DNA of 64,000 nt from Bacteroidota bacterium (GCA_013288325.1 JABDCB010000008.1:1620-65619); one strand, 5' to 3'; positions 1-9,994 are shown, numbered from the stretch's first letter. The notes: generated from the letters alone by a model not told the origin. Made by a program: numbers and translations.

Positions 1-938
1 ATTATCATTGGGTGGTATTGCTCATCGGTTGTTTTCCGGCTTCTGTTTTTGCCATACGCGGCTTTTTCCGCAGCGGCTCCGACACTCCGTATCAGAAACA
101 TATGAAACGCTGGATGCTCATCCTCTTTTGGGTGGTGCTTATCCTGTTCTCTATTGTCAAAACAAAGATTGTTCATTACTCTTCTTTGTGTTACTTCCCC
201 CTTACCTTCCTGGCCGCTTATTGTGCTCATAAGCTGATACTGGAAGAGTGGCCCTGGAAAAAATGGATGAGCGCCGTGCTCCTGTTTACAGGTGGTATGC
301 TGGGATTGCTTTTAACGGCATTGCCCATCATTGCTATGAACCGTACTGCTATCCTTGCTGCCAACATCATCAAAGATCCTTTCGCCGCGGGTAATTTCGG
401 TGCCGATGTACATTGGTCGGGATGGGAAGTTGGTATCGGTCTGCTTTTTCTGGCTGGTGTACTCGCCTGTTTTATCCTCGCCTTAAAGAAAAAGATGAAA
501 GCTGCCATCATCAGTCTCTTCGTACTTACCCTCCTCTCAACCAATCTTAGTTCTTTGGTCTTCGCTCCTAAAGTAGAAGGGTATTCCCAGCGGGCTGCCA
601 TCGATTTTTACGAAAGCCTGAAAGGACAGAAATGCTATATCGATGTGATCGGATTCAAAAGCTATGCTCATCTGTTTTACACAGACAAAGATCCCTCTTC
701 CAACACGCCGTTTATGGAGTGGTACAAGCAAAACCCTCCCAAAGGGCTTGCGCCTGGCGCACATGTAAGCTCGGGACAGATGGATATCTTTTATTATGAA
801 TACCTCCGTTCACAGCCCCTTGATAGGCCTGTGTATGTGGTATCTAAAAACACACACGCGAAAGAGTTCGAGCATGACTTTCCTGCCTATCGTAAACTGT
901 CGGAGAAAAACGGATTTGTATTCTATATCCGTAACTAA
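1..938 (+). CDS. Polytopic membrane glycosyltransferase, GT-C/ArnT (GT39)-like, C-terminal part (5' end outside window)
   Basis: The frame is open from the window edge. ORF 12..938 shows several hydrophobic helices followed by a soluble tail. It lies convergent to a GT2 (Dpm1/ArnC-like) gene. Confidence 0.5.
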   Translation, partial: YHWVVLLIGCFPASVFAIRGFFRSGSDTPYQKHMKRWMLILFWVVLILFSIVKTKIVHYSSLCYFPLTFLAAYCAHKLILEEWPWKKWMSAVLLFTGGMLGLLLTALPIIAMNRTAILAANIIKDPFAAGNFGADVHWSGWEVGIGLLFLAGVLACFILALKKKMKAAIISLFVLTLLSTNLSSLVFAPKVEGYSQRAAIDFYESLKGQKCYIDVIGFKSYAHLFYTDKDPSSNTPFMEWYKQNPPKGLAPGAHVSSGQMDIFYYEYLRSQPLDRPVYVVSKNTHAKEFEHDFPAYRKLSEKNGFVFYIRN

Positions 939-1684
939 GCTTTGGTTTGATACATTTTACTCTTCATCCAGCCCCATTTATTCAGGCGGTGACGCAGGGA
1001 AACTGCCAGACATCCCCAACCGTATTTCATACTGCGGCTGAAATTGATGGAGCTGGCTTCGGGAAAATATTTGGTGGGACATGTTACTTCAGCAATATCA
1101 TAGCCGGCATAAATAATCTGAGACAGCATCTGATTGTCGAATACAAAATCATCGGAATTGGCATCCAGATTAATTTTCTCCAGCACTTCCTTGGTGAAAG
1201 CCCTGTAACCGGTGTGATATTCAGATAGTTTTTGATTAACGAGGATATTCTGACTCAGGGTCAAAAAACGGTTGAAGATGTATTTATACATCGGCATCCC
1301 CCCTTTGAGGGCACCTTTGCCCAAAATACGCGAACCCAGCACCACATGATACAAGTCGTTGGCTATAAGATAGGCCATGCTATGAATCAGTTTGGGAGTG
1401 TACTGATAATCGGGATGCAGCATAATCACAATATCGGCACCTATCTCCAGGGCTTTGGCATAACAGGTTTTCTGATTGCCTCCATAGCCGGTATTCTTTT
1501 CATGCCGTATCACATGCTGTATATTCAGACGCTTAGCTTCTTCTACAGTGTGATCGCGGCTGGCATCATCTACCAGTACCAGTTCATCCACGATATCGAA
1601 CGGGATCTCCTTATAGGTTTTCTCGAGCGTGAGGGCTGCGTTGTATGCCGGCAGTACGACGACCAGTTTTTTACCCAGTATCAT
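935..1684 (-). CDS. Glycosyltransferase family 2 (Dpm1/ArnC-like)
   Basis: 249 aa. The N-terminal VVVLPAYNAALTLEKT and LVDDASRD motifs are typical of the GT-A fold of GT2. The ATG directly abuts the stop codon of the upstream gene. Confidence 0.85.
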   Translation of the reverse strand: MILGKKLVVVLPAYNAALTLEKTYKEIPFDIVDELVLVDDASRDHTVEEAKRLNIQHVIRHEKNTGYGGNQKTCYAKALEIGADIVIMLHPDYQYTPKLIHSMAYLIANDLYHVVLGSRILGKGALKGGMPMYKYIFNRFLTLSQNILVNQKLSEYHTGYRAFTKEVLEKINLDANSDDFVFDNQMLSQIIYAGYDIAEVTCPTKYFPEASSINFSRSMKYGWGCLAVSLRHRLNKWGWMKSKMYQTKA

Positions 1685-3334
1685 TCAGTCAATCTTTTTC
1701 ACGTTTTTTAAATTCAGCATATTCATCGCATTCACGTTGAGTCCGGTAATATTGTTCTGCACCAGTCTCACCACCCGGTCGTGATACAACGGCACCACCG
1801 GTGCTTCACTCACTATAATACGTTCCATGGAATAATAATACTCTTTTCGGATGGAATCATTTTTCTCATACAAAGCCTGCTCATACATATGATCGTAACG
1901 CTGATCCCTGAAATGGGTATAGTTATATCCATGAGGAGAAAAATTGCCGCTGTAAAACAGTGCGAGGAAATTAATCGGATCGGGAAAATCGCCTACCCAT
2001 GACTTACGAAAGAAATTCATCTTTGAATTGGCTACACCCTCCCGAAAAGCTCCGTCTTCCACCACATTGATCAGGATACGAACCCCTATCTGTGACAACT
2101 GGAAACGGATATGTTCTGCCAGATCCAGATACTGCTTGGTGGTATACAGATTTATTTCAGGCAGATTTTTTCCATCCGGATAACCGGCCAGATAAAGCAG
2201 TTGTTTTGCTTTTTCCGGATTATAAGCATATCCCTCCACCTTGCTGTTATCATATCCGGGCAGCCCGGGAGGAACAAAACCATTCACTGCCGCTGTCCCT
2301 ATATTATTACGCAGGTAGTTGATCATCTTTTCCCGGTCAATACCATAATTGATAGCCTGCCGGAGAAATTTATTCCGGAACGGATTGGGTTTGGAATCAC
2401 CCGGAACATCATCAATCAGAAATCCGAGATAGTCTGTCTTCAGGAATGGCTGACTTTGCAGCATAAACCGGTTGCGATACATGCTTTTCAATTCTCCGTT
2501 CGGGGTAAGCACTTCTTTCGCGTTGAATGCATCAAAGCCGGATATCATATCCAGGTTCTTCTTCAGAAAATTGAGCCAGGCCGATTCCCGGTCGTGTATA
2601 AAGGATATGCTCACAGCATCCAGATAAGGAAGTGCATGCCCATTTTCTTTTTCAAAATAATTTTCATTCTTTATCAGCAGTAATTTCTGTCCCTCTTTCC
2701 AGGTACGGAAACAGAATGGTCCTGTGCCTACCGGATGACGTGCAAAATCAGTACTATAATGCTCCACGGCTTCATGTGGCACCACCGAGAAAAACTTCAT
2801 GGTAAGGATACCCAGAAAAGCAGGAAACGGATTACGGATATGGACCTGGAAGGTAGAATCATTTACAGCATTGAATCCTTTTTTTCCTTCGCTGTCGTCG
2901 CGGTCAAAATAATCGAGCAGATCGGAAGCTCTGGAGGTACGTTTATCAAACAAACGTTCAAAGCTATACGCGAAATCGGAAGCCATCGCTTTTCGTCCTT
3001 TTCCATCGGGAAATACTTCACTGTCCTGAAAATACACATCGGTACGCAGATGAAAAGTATAGGTAAGTCCGTCGGGGCTTTGTTCCCAGCTGGTGGCAAT
3101 ACAGGGACGGACATGAATGGAGTCATCCATCTGCACCAGTCCGTTAAAGAGCTGATTTACGGCCCATATATTTTCGAAGTTGGATGCAGCAGCAGGATCC
3201 AGCGAGCTGACGACTCCCAATTCATTATAACGGAAAATCATATGCTGCTTCTTGTCCTTCGTATGTTCCGAAGAGCAGGAAGCCAGCAACAGGATAAGGA
3301 TCCATGCTCCAGCCAGACATTTTCTCATGAGCAT
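1685..3334 (-). CDS. ABC transporter substrate-binding protein, family 5 (peptide/nickel type), lipoprotein
   Basis: Lipobox LLLASCSS. ATSWEQSPDGLTYTFHLRTDVYF is a family-5 SBP signature. 549 aa. Confidence 0.85.
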   Translation of the reverse strand: MLMRKCLAGAWILILLLASCSSEHTKDKKQHMIFRYNELGVVSSLDPAAASNFENIWAVNQLFNGLVQMDDSIHVRPCIATSWEQSPDGLTYTFHLRTDVYFQDSEVFPDGKGRKAMASDFAYSFERLFDKRTSRASDLLDYFDRDDSEGKKGFNAVNDSTFQVHIRNPFPAFLGILTMKFFSVVPHEAVEHYSTDFARHPVGTGPFCFRTWKEGQKLLLIKNENYFEKENGHALPYLDAVSISFIHDRESAWLNFLKKNLDMISGFDAFNAKEVLTPNGELKSMYRNRFMLQSQPFLKTDYLGFLIDDVPGDSKPNPFRNKFLRQAINYGIDREKMINYLRNNIGTAAVNGFVPPGLPGYDNSKVEGYAYNPEKAKQLLYLAGYPDGKNLPEINLYTTKQYLDLAEHIRFQLSQIGVRILINVVEDGAFREGVANSKMNFFRKSWVGDFPDPINFLALFYSGNFSPHGYNYTHFRDQRYDHMYEQALYEKNDSIRKEYYYSMERIIVSEAPVVPLYHDRVVRLVQNNITGLNVNAMNMLNLKNVKKID

Positions 3335-3436
3335 TTTTTTGATCTAACAAGTTTAGTCAAAAGGAGGGCTGATGAAACGTGCTGTGGTTCCGCCTTTATA
3401 AACAGGTTTATTAACAGCAGTTCAGGATATCCTGAT

Positions 3437-4933
3437 TCAGAGGGGTAAAGACATCTCCTTTTGCAGGAAGAGCAGGCTTTTTTCCATCTGCTCATGTAGA
3501 ATGGTATCGGCTTTCAGAAAAGGGACGCGTTTACGAAAATCACGCATCATCTCCTCGATAAAAGGTGAAGAGGTAGCAGGACGGCGAAACTCCAGGGCCT
3601 GACCACCGGTAAGCAACTCTATAGCCAGGATACGCTCGGTATTCTCCACCACCCGGTAACATTTGGTAGCGGCATTGGCTCCCATGCTTACATGATCTTC
3701 CTGTCCGTTTGAGGAAACGATGGAATCCACAGAAGCAGGAGCACATAATTGTTTGCTTTGACTCACGATAGAAGCTGCCGTATACTGAGGTATCATAAAA
3801 CCGGAATGCAATCCGGCTTGTGCAGCCAGAAAAGGAGGTAATCCGCGTATACCCGAAATAAGCTGATAAGTGCGTCGTTCGGATATATTACCGAGTTCGG
3901 CTAATGCGATAGCAAGGAAATCAAGCGCCAGCGCCAAAGGCTGCCCATGAAAATTACCGCCTGAAATGACGGCATCCTCATCCGGAAAAATAGTAGGGTT
4001 ATCGGTTACGGAGTTTACCTCTGTCAGGAACACGGTTGCTGCATATTGAATGGCATCATGCGATGCTCCATGAACCTGAGGTATACAACGGAACGAATAC
4101 GGATCCTGCACCTGCACCTTGGCCCGTTTGCCTATCACACTCCCTTTGAGGATGCTGCGGATGCGTGCTGCCGTATGTATCTGTCCCGCATGAGGACGTA
4201 TAGCTTGTATCTGAGGATGAAAAGGATCCATCCTGCCATCAAAGGCATCCAGTGAAAGTGCTCCGATTACATCGGCCGATTTACCCAGACGAAATGCTTT
4301 CAGCAAACACCAGACACCATAAGCGCTCATGAATTGCGTGCCGTTCAAAAGGGCTAGACCTTCTTTTGATTTTAAACGAAGAGGCTCAAGTTTGTATTTC
4401 TTCAATACATCGGCGGTCTTCTGTTTCTTTCCTTTATGAACTACCTCACCCAAACCAAGTAATGGCAGGGAAAGATGAGCCAAAGGAGCCAGGTCGCCGG
4501 AAGCACCTAAAGAACCCTGCTGATAAACAACGGGCAATATGTCCAGGTTAAAGAATTCGATGAGCCGTTCAACCGTACTCACTTGCACACCCGATTTACC
4601 GTAAGAAAGACTTTGAATTTTCAGAAACAACATGAGCTTAACCACGTCGGCAGGCACTTCTTCACCAAAACCGCAAGCATGACTCATTACCAGATTTTGT
4701 TGCAGCTGTTCCAGCTCTTTTTCGGGAACAGTTACATTACACAAGGATCCGAAACCGGTATTGATACCATAGATCGGATCTTTGGAAGCTTTTATCTTTT
4801 TTTCGAGAAAGGTGCGACAGTGAACAATTTTTTTGCGGGCTTCGGACGAAAGCTCCAGCTTATACCCTCCGTTGAAAATTTGTTCCAGGGTGAGCCAATC
4901 AATTTTTTTGGTGCTGACGGAGTGTAGTTTCAT
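3437..4933 (-). CDS. hutH: Histidine ammonia-lyase
   Basis: GSLGASGDLAPLAH contains the Ala-Ser-Gly MIO-forming triad. YGINTGFG is present. LVMSHACG carries the Ser-His pair seen in histidine-specific lyases. 498 aa. Confidence 0.9.
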   Translation of the reverse strand: MKLHSVSTKKIDWLTLEQIFNGGYKLELSSEARKKIVHCRTFLEKKIKASKDPIYGINTGFGSLCNVTVPEKELEQLQQNLVMSHACGFGEEVPADVVKLMLFLKIQSLSYGKSGVQVSTVERLIEFFNLDILPVVYQQGSLGASGDLAPLAHLSLPLLGLGEVVHKGKKQKTADVLKKYKLEPLRLKSKEGLALLNGTQFMSAYGVWCLLKAFRLGKSADVIGALSLDAFDGRMDPFHPQIQAIRPHAGQIHTAARIRSILKGSVIGKRAKVQVQDPYSFRCIPQVHGASHDAIQYAATVFLTEVNSVTDNPTIFPDEDAVISGGNFHGQPLALALDFLAIALAELGNISERRTYQLISGIRGLPPFLAAQAGLHSGFMIPQYTAASIVSQSKQLCAPASVDSIVSSNGQEDHVSMGANAATKCYRVVENTERILAIELLTGGQALEFRRPATSSPFIEEMMRDFRKRVPFLKADTILHEQMEKSLLFLQKEMSLPL

Positions 4934-4973
4934 ACAAAAGGGGAAAAGTGTAAGGGTAATGCTTATGCTATGT

Positions 4974-6323
4974 TCAGGCTTTCAACCTGTCAATCAATTC
5001 ATATATTTTCAACTTCATCTGGGAGCCATCTTTCATGTTCTTAACGGTTAGTACCCCTTCCTTCATCTCATCGCTTCCGACAACAGCAACAAAAGGAATT
5101 CCTTTTTTGTTGGCATAGTCAAGCTGCTTCTTAATCTTAACCACATCCGGATACAACTCGGCACTGATACCCGCTTTGCGGGTCTGAGCCAGCAAAGGCA
5201 AGCAATGATCTCTTTCTGCTTCACCAAAATGTGCAAACAATAAGGTGGTGGATGCTTTTACTTCCTGAGGAAACAGATTCAGCTCCGTCATCACATCATA
5301 AATACGGTCGGCACCAAACGAAATTCCCACACCCGACATATTCGGCAGACCGAAGATACCGGTGAGATCGTCATAACGTCCACCACCGCAGATACTGCTG
5401 GTAAAAGTTCCTTCCGTAGCCTTTACTTCAATGATGGCTCCGGTATAATAATTCAATCCCCGGGCCAGGGTGATGTCCAGTTCACACTTAGCAATTTGCA
5501 ATTCGCAATTTGAAATATGTGCAAAAAGATATTCAAGTTCCTCAATTCCTTTGTTTCCGATTTCAGAGGTTCTCAGCAATTCCTTTAACAGATTGAGCTT
5601 CGCAGCTGTATCTCCGGTGAATTCGATCAGAGGCTGGAGCTGTTCAATGGCTTTTTCCGATATCTGTTTTTCACGCAGCTCTTTATTTACTCCATCTGCT
5701 CCTATCTTATCCAGCTTATCAATAGCAACGGTGATATCCACAATTTTTTCCTTTTCGCCTATCACCTCCGCAATTCCGCTCAGAATTTTACGATTGTTGA
5801 TTTTGATACATACAGGTGCTTTCAGTTTGGTAAATACCTGATCAATCATTAGTATCAGCTCCAGTTCATTGAGCAGAGAATCGCTGCCAATCACATCGGC
5901 ATCGCACTGATAAAATTCGCGGTATCGTCCTTTCTGAGGGCGATCGGCACGCCATACCGGTTGTATCTGGTAACGGCGGAATGGGAAAGCAATATCCTGC
6001 TGATGCTGTACCACATAACGGGCAAATGGAACGGTCAGATCATAACGAAGCGCTTCTTCCGGTTTGATAACATCCATATTCAGCTTCTCTCCACGCGGAA
6101 GAATTTTAAAAATGAGCCTGTCCCCTTCTTCCCCATACTTACCCATGAGGGTAGTCAGGTTCTCCATGGCAGGTGTTTCGATAGGTGTATAACCGTATAA
6201 GCGGAATACAGAGCGGATAGAATCAAATATATAATTCCGCTTCACCATTTCTTCCGGTGAAAAGTCTCGGGTTCCTTTTGGTATGCCTGGTTTCTGTATG
6301 GCCATAATCTTAAAATCGCTCAA
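4974..6323 (-). CDS. hisS: Histidine--tRNA ligase
   Basis: N-terminal PKGTRDF, class II motif 2 region [14 protein letters not shown], and a C-terminal anticodon-binding domain. The start could instead be Met7 at 6305. Confidence 0.95.
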   Translation of the reverse strand: MSDFKIMAIQKPGIPKGTRDFSPEEMVKRNYIFDSIRSVFRLYGYTPIETPAMENLTTLMGKYGEEGDRLIFKILPRGEKLNMDVIKPEEALRYDLTVPFARYVVQHQQDIAFPFRRYQIQPVWRADRPQKGRYREFYQCDADVIGSDSLLNELELILMIDQVFTKLKAPVCIKINNRKILSGIAEVIGEKEKIVDITVAIDKLDKIGADGVNKELREKQISEKAIEQLQPLIEFTGDTAAKLNLLKELLRTSEIGNKGIEELEYLFAHISNCELQIAKCELDITLARGLNYYTGAIIEVKATEGTFTSSICGGGRYDDLTGIFGLPNMSGVGISFGADRIYDVMTELNLFPQEVKASTTLLFAHFGEAERDHCLPLLAQTRKAGISAELYPDVVKIKKQLDYANKKGIPFVAVVGSDEMKEGVLTVKNMKDGSQMKLKIYELIDRLKA

Positions 6324-6402
6324 ATTTAAGGATTCCTTAGAATTGGACGGAATGCTCCGTATCTTTCGGATAATCTCGCGTTATCCGCTCAAACAGAAGA
6401 GC

Positions 6403-8235
6403 ATGCAAGTCTCACAGACCCGTTTTCGTATTTATTTTCAGCTGTTTCTTCTATTCTTATCGGCGATAATGACCGCTGAAGAACAGAAAGCCCTTCATTA
6501 TGGTCTGCATCAGGAAACCATTACGGTAAACAGTATAGAAACAGGTTATACATCGGCCGTTTATTGCCGGGGCCGCTTTAGCTCCCACATCGGAAGGGAA
6601 ACCATGATCCGTTATAATGAACTGGAAGCCATCGGAGGACTGAAAGCACGTTATCGCACCTCGAATCATAAATACAAGGATCTGGGCGAAAGTGAAATTC
6701 ACCGCAGCGATGCACCGGAAGAGGCTTTTGACAATGGAACAAGCCAGTATGTAATTTCATGGCCATCCAAAGGGGAGGAAGAAATGGATTTTCTTTATAC
6801 CTATAAGGTAAACTGCAAGGAGCTCATGGCCCTGAGCTCCATCCGTATTAATGATGCAGTACGTACCGATACATTCGATTATACCATTCGGGTTCCGAAA
6901 GGGATGCAGCTCTTTTATCGTTTACCTGCCGGCTCTGATTTTATACAAACCGATAGCAATAGTACCGAAGCCGGCATGATTTATCATTTTCGCGCCTATC
7001 CAAAAAAAGAAATTGTAAGACCAGAGAATTTTCCGGATTATGCCTATCCCTTATATCAGCCTCAAAACATACGCCTTATCCTTGTTCGTGAAAATGAAAG
7101 CAATGCCTGGATGCGCCTTAACAACTGGTATCTCCATTTTGAAGAGTCTACATCATCCTTAAACGAAACAAACAAATTGCTGGCCCTGAAACTAAAAGAC
7201 ACCTGCACGAATGCTGATACGATCACATCCCGGGTTTTTAGTTATGTACAGAAACATATTTTTTATTCCGACCGGGGAGGATATCTCCCGCATGAATGCA
7301 ATGAAGTATTGAAAACAAGACGGGGGGATTGTAAAGATATGTCACTGTTGCTGGTAAAGCTACTGAACCAGTGCGGGTTTGAAGCCAACCTGGCGCTTTC
7401 TTCAACACTTGATTATGAATCGGATCTTGATTTCCCGAGTCTGGCTTCGGCCAATCATATGATTGCGGTGATTAAAGTAAAGAACCGGTATATCTACCTG
7501 GATGCAACGGATCCGGCAGGAAGATATGGGCTTCCTCCATTACAAGTTCAAGGAAGAAAAATTTTCATTATCACAAAAGACGGAGGGCGTTTGGATTCCA
7601 TACCAACCCCATCGGGCTTTGACAACCGGAATAGGATTAGCATTCATTTAACTCCGTCCGGAAACGATCTGAACGGAACAATCTTCTCCGATTATCATGG
7701 CTTTAGCAGGCATGATGCCGACCTGGCCCGGATGATTTCACCATCAGGTTATGACTCCCTCCTAGGCAAAATGATTTGTTATGGATCGCATGAAACGGTA
7801 ACGGATAACTTAAAAATAACCAAAGACGATTCTCTTCTCACGGTTATGGCAGGAATAACAGTAAAATACAAAGTGAATGCAAAAGATAAGATGAAAACTA
7901 TTAAACTCAACTTCCTTCCTTTTCCTCATAAGTATCCGGTTAAATTGCTACCGGATTTGCGTCTGCTTACTTTCCAGACAATTCAAAACAAGATGGAGTG
8001 TGAAATCAGTTTTACAAAACTCGTGGAATTGAAGTCCTTTGAAAACGTTTCCTTCAACTCCGGTGGCTTTCATTTTGAATTAAAAGTATTTCAGTCCTCT
8101 CCCAAAAGCATTCATCTATACTATTCCTTTTCTTATAATGGGTTGGAAATACTTCCGGAGCAAGTACAGGCCTATAATGATCTCAATGCCTTGATTGAAA
8201 AAACGCTGAACAGCGAACTGAGCTATTTAGAGTAG
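6403..8235 (+). CDS. Transglutaminase-like cysteine protease-fold protein (DUF3857-type N-terminal region)
   Basis: RRGDCKDMSLL (Cys), ANHMIAV (His) and YLDATD (Asp) form a transglutaminase-core triad. The ATG at 6403 gives a hydrophobic N-terminus and removes the overlap with hisS. Confidence 0.75.
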   Translation: MQVSQTRFRIYFQLFLLFLSAIMTAEEQKALHYGLHQETITVNSIETGYTSAVYCRGRFSSHIGRETMIRYNELEAIGGLKARYRTSNHKYKDLGESEIHRSDAPEEAFDNGTSQYVISWPSKGEEEMDFLYTYKVNCKELMALSSIRINDAVRTDTFDYTIRVPKGMQLFYRLPAGSDFIQTDSNSTEAGMIYHFRAYPKKEIVRPENFPDYAYPLYQPQNIRLILVRENESNAWMRLNNWYLHFEESTSSLNETNKLLALKLKDTCTNADTITSRVFSYVQKHIFYSDRGGYLPHECNEVLKTRRGDCKDMSLLLVKLLNQCGFEANLALSSTLDYESDLDFPSLASANHMIAVIKVKNRYIYLDATDPAGRYGLPPLQVQGRKIFIITKDGGRLDSIPTPSGFDNRNRISIHLTPSGNDLNGTIFSDYHGFSRHDADLARMISPSGYDSLLGKMICYGSHETVTDNLKITKDDSLLTVMAGITVKYKVNAKDKMKTIKLNFLPFPHKYPVKLLPDLRLLTFQTIQNKMECEISFTKLVELKSFENVSFNSGGFHFELKVFQSSPKSIHLYYSFSYNGLEILPEQVQAYNDLNALIEKTLNSELSYLE

Positions 8236-8284
8236 AAGTCAGAATGGAACAACCAACCTTCTGACTTCTTTCTTCTGACTTCTA
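8233..8284. terminator. Bidirectional hairpin built from AGAAGTCAGAA / TTCTGACTTCT arms between convergent genes
   Basis: The left arm is at 8234-8244. Right arms are at 8259-8269 and 8273-8283. Both flanking stop codons (TAG 8233-8235 on +, TAG 8284-8282 on -) are part of TAGAAGTCAGAA. Confidence 0.55.
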
Positions 8285-9931
8285 TTTCAAAATATTCGGA
8301 TTTAAAATATTGAACACATAATTTTTCTCTGCATGTTCAACAAGCATCTGAAAACGTCCATTGGGTTTGAGCTGTTTGAGTTCAAACAGGTCGGTACGGC
8401 GATCAAGCAGGTTATGCACACTTCCATGTGAACGCATCTTTTTAAGCAGATCCAGTTCCAGATCGGCAATAAGTACGGCTTCTGAATTAGGCGTCGCTTC
8501 GGCCTTAACACCATTGGTTGGAAAGGCAAAGTCGCAAGGGGTAAACACCGCCGATTGTGCATACTGTATATCCATATTATGCACCTTGGGCAGATTACCG
8601 ATTCCGCCTGCTATACACACAAAACATTCGTTTTCTATGGCTCTTGCTGCAGAACAACACCGGACACGGGTAAATGAATTCTGGGTATCGGTAAGGAAAG
8701 GGACAAATAAAATATCCATTCCCTGCAAAGCCAGCAAACGGGGCAATTCAGGAAACTCCACATCGTAACAAACCAGGATTCCAATTTTTCCGGCATCGGT
8801 ATCATACACCTTCAGCTTGTTGCCACCCACAATACCCCAGGCTGCCACCTCATTCGGTGTTACATGAATCTTGGTATAGCGTTCAATGGATCCATCCCTG
8901 CGGCACAGATAACCGATATTATATAATTGCCCTTTGCGTATATATGGCATACTGCCGGTAATGATATTGACATTATAGGTGATGGCATAATTAATAAACT
9001 TATCCCGCAAGGGTTCGGTGTATTCTGCCAGTTTTCGAATGGCTTCGGGCTGACTCAGATGATTGAACTCCGCCATGAGCGGGGCATTGAAGAGTTCCGG
9101 GAAAAGAACAAAATCGGCTTTATATCCGGCTACGGTATCAATAAAAAATTCGATCTGTTCACACAACATCTCAAATGTTTTGAACGAACGCATCTGCCAT
9201 TGTACCAGTCCTACCCGTGCGCTGCTTTTCTGATGCGGAGTAAACTTGTTTTTCAGCGTATACAACACATTGTTCCATTCCATCAGGGTAGCAAACTCTT
9301 TCGACTCTTTATCTTCCGGCATATAATTGCTCAGCAGTTTGATGACGTGAAACTCATTCGATAGCTGGAAAGAAAGTACCGGGTCGTAGGCTTCCTTCAT
9401 CTTCACCTTTTCGATGTATTGTTTGGGATTCATCTGGTTGCCTGCAGAGGCAAAACCGGGAATCCGTCCCCCGAAGATGATGGATTTAAGATTCAACCGT
9501 TCACAAAGCTCTTTGCGCGCATCATACAAACGTCGGGCCAGCCTCAGCCCTCTATAGTCGGGATGTACAAACACTTCCAGACCATAAAGCACATCCCCGT
9601 CCGAATGGTGGGTATTGAATGTATAGTAACCGGTGATTTGTTTATAGGTATGGTCATGGCCGAACTCATCGTAATTTACAATGATAGACAAAGCCACTCC
9701 GGCTACTTTGTCATTCACAAGCACTACCATTTGTCCTTCCGGAAAAATAGTGAGGAGTTTTTTTATCTGCTCCAGCTCCCATACCGATCCGTGCCAGTTT
9801 TTATATGCCACCAGCATGGAATCGCGCAACCCCATGTAATCGCTTGTCTGCAATTCCCGGATTTCCACTTTTTTTATTTCCATCGCCGGAGCATTGCTCC
9901 TGGGCTTGGCTTCTTTTACTTTCCTTGGCAT
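8282..9931 (-). CDS. Bifunctional GNAT N-acetyltransferase / carbon-nitrogen hydrolase (nitrilase superfamily) protein
   Basis: The N-terminal GNAT domain has the acetyl-CoA loop VHPDYRGLRLARRLY. The C-terminal CN-hydrolase has FVLFPELF (Glu) and GILVCYDVEFPE (Cys). Confidence 0.85.
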   Translation of the reverse strand: MPRKVKEAKPRSNAPAMEIKKVEIRELQTSDYMGLRDSMLVAYKNWHGSVWELEQIKKLLTIFPEGQMVVLVNDKVAGVALSIIVNYDEFGHDHTYKQITGYYTFNTHHSDGDVLYGLEVFVHPDYRGLRLARRLYDARKELCERLNLKSIIFGGRIPGFASAGNQMNPKQYIEKVKMKEAYDPVLSFQLSNEFHVIKLLSNYMPEDKESKEFATLMEWNNVLYTLKNKFTPHQKSSARVGLVQWQMRSFKTFEMLCEQIEFFIDTVAGYKADFVLFPELFNAPLMAEFNHLSQPEAIRKLAEYTEPLRDKFINYAITYNVNIITGSMPYIRKGQLYNIGYLCRRDGSIERYTKIHVTPNEVAAWGIVGGNKLKVYDTDAGKIGILVCYDVEFPELPRLLALQGMDILFVPFLTDTQNSFTRVRCCSAARAIENECFVCIAGGIGNLPKVHNMDIQYAQSAVFTPCDFAFPTNGVKAEATPNSEAVLIADLELDLLKKMRSHGSVHNLLDRRTDLFELKQLKPNGRFQMLVEHAEKNYVFNILNPNILK

Positions 9932-9994
9932 AAAAAGACAGATTAGCGTTTAGGGTATAAAACATCTAATTGTTTTGTTATACCTACAGGAATA

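Noticed and set aside
3437-4933. The ammonia-lyase as a tyrosine/phenylalanine ammonia-lyase of a flexirubin-type or other secondary-metabolite pathway.
   Set aside because: The selectivity-switch position reads Ser-His (VMSHACG), as in histidine ammonia-lyases. No polyketide or aryl-polyene genes are nearby.
6283-6402. A longer N-terminus for the transglutaminase-like gene starting at 6283.
   Set aside because: It would overlap the 5' end of hisS by 41 nt and add a non-hydrophobic leader. The ATG at 6403 gives a normal signal/TM-like N-terminus.
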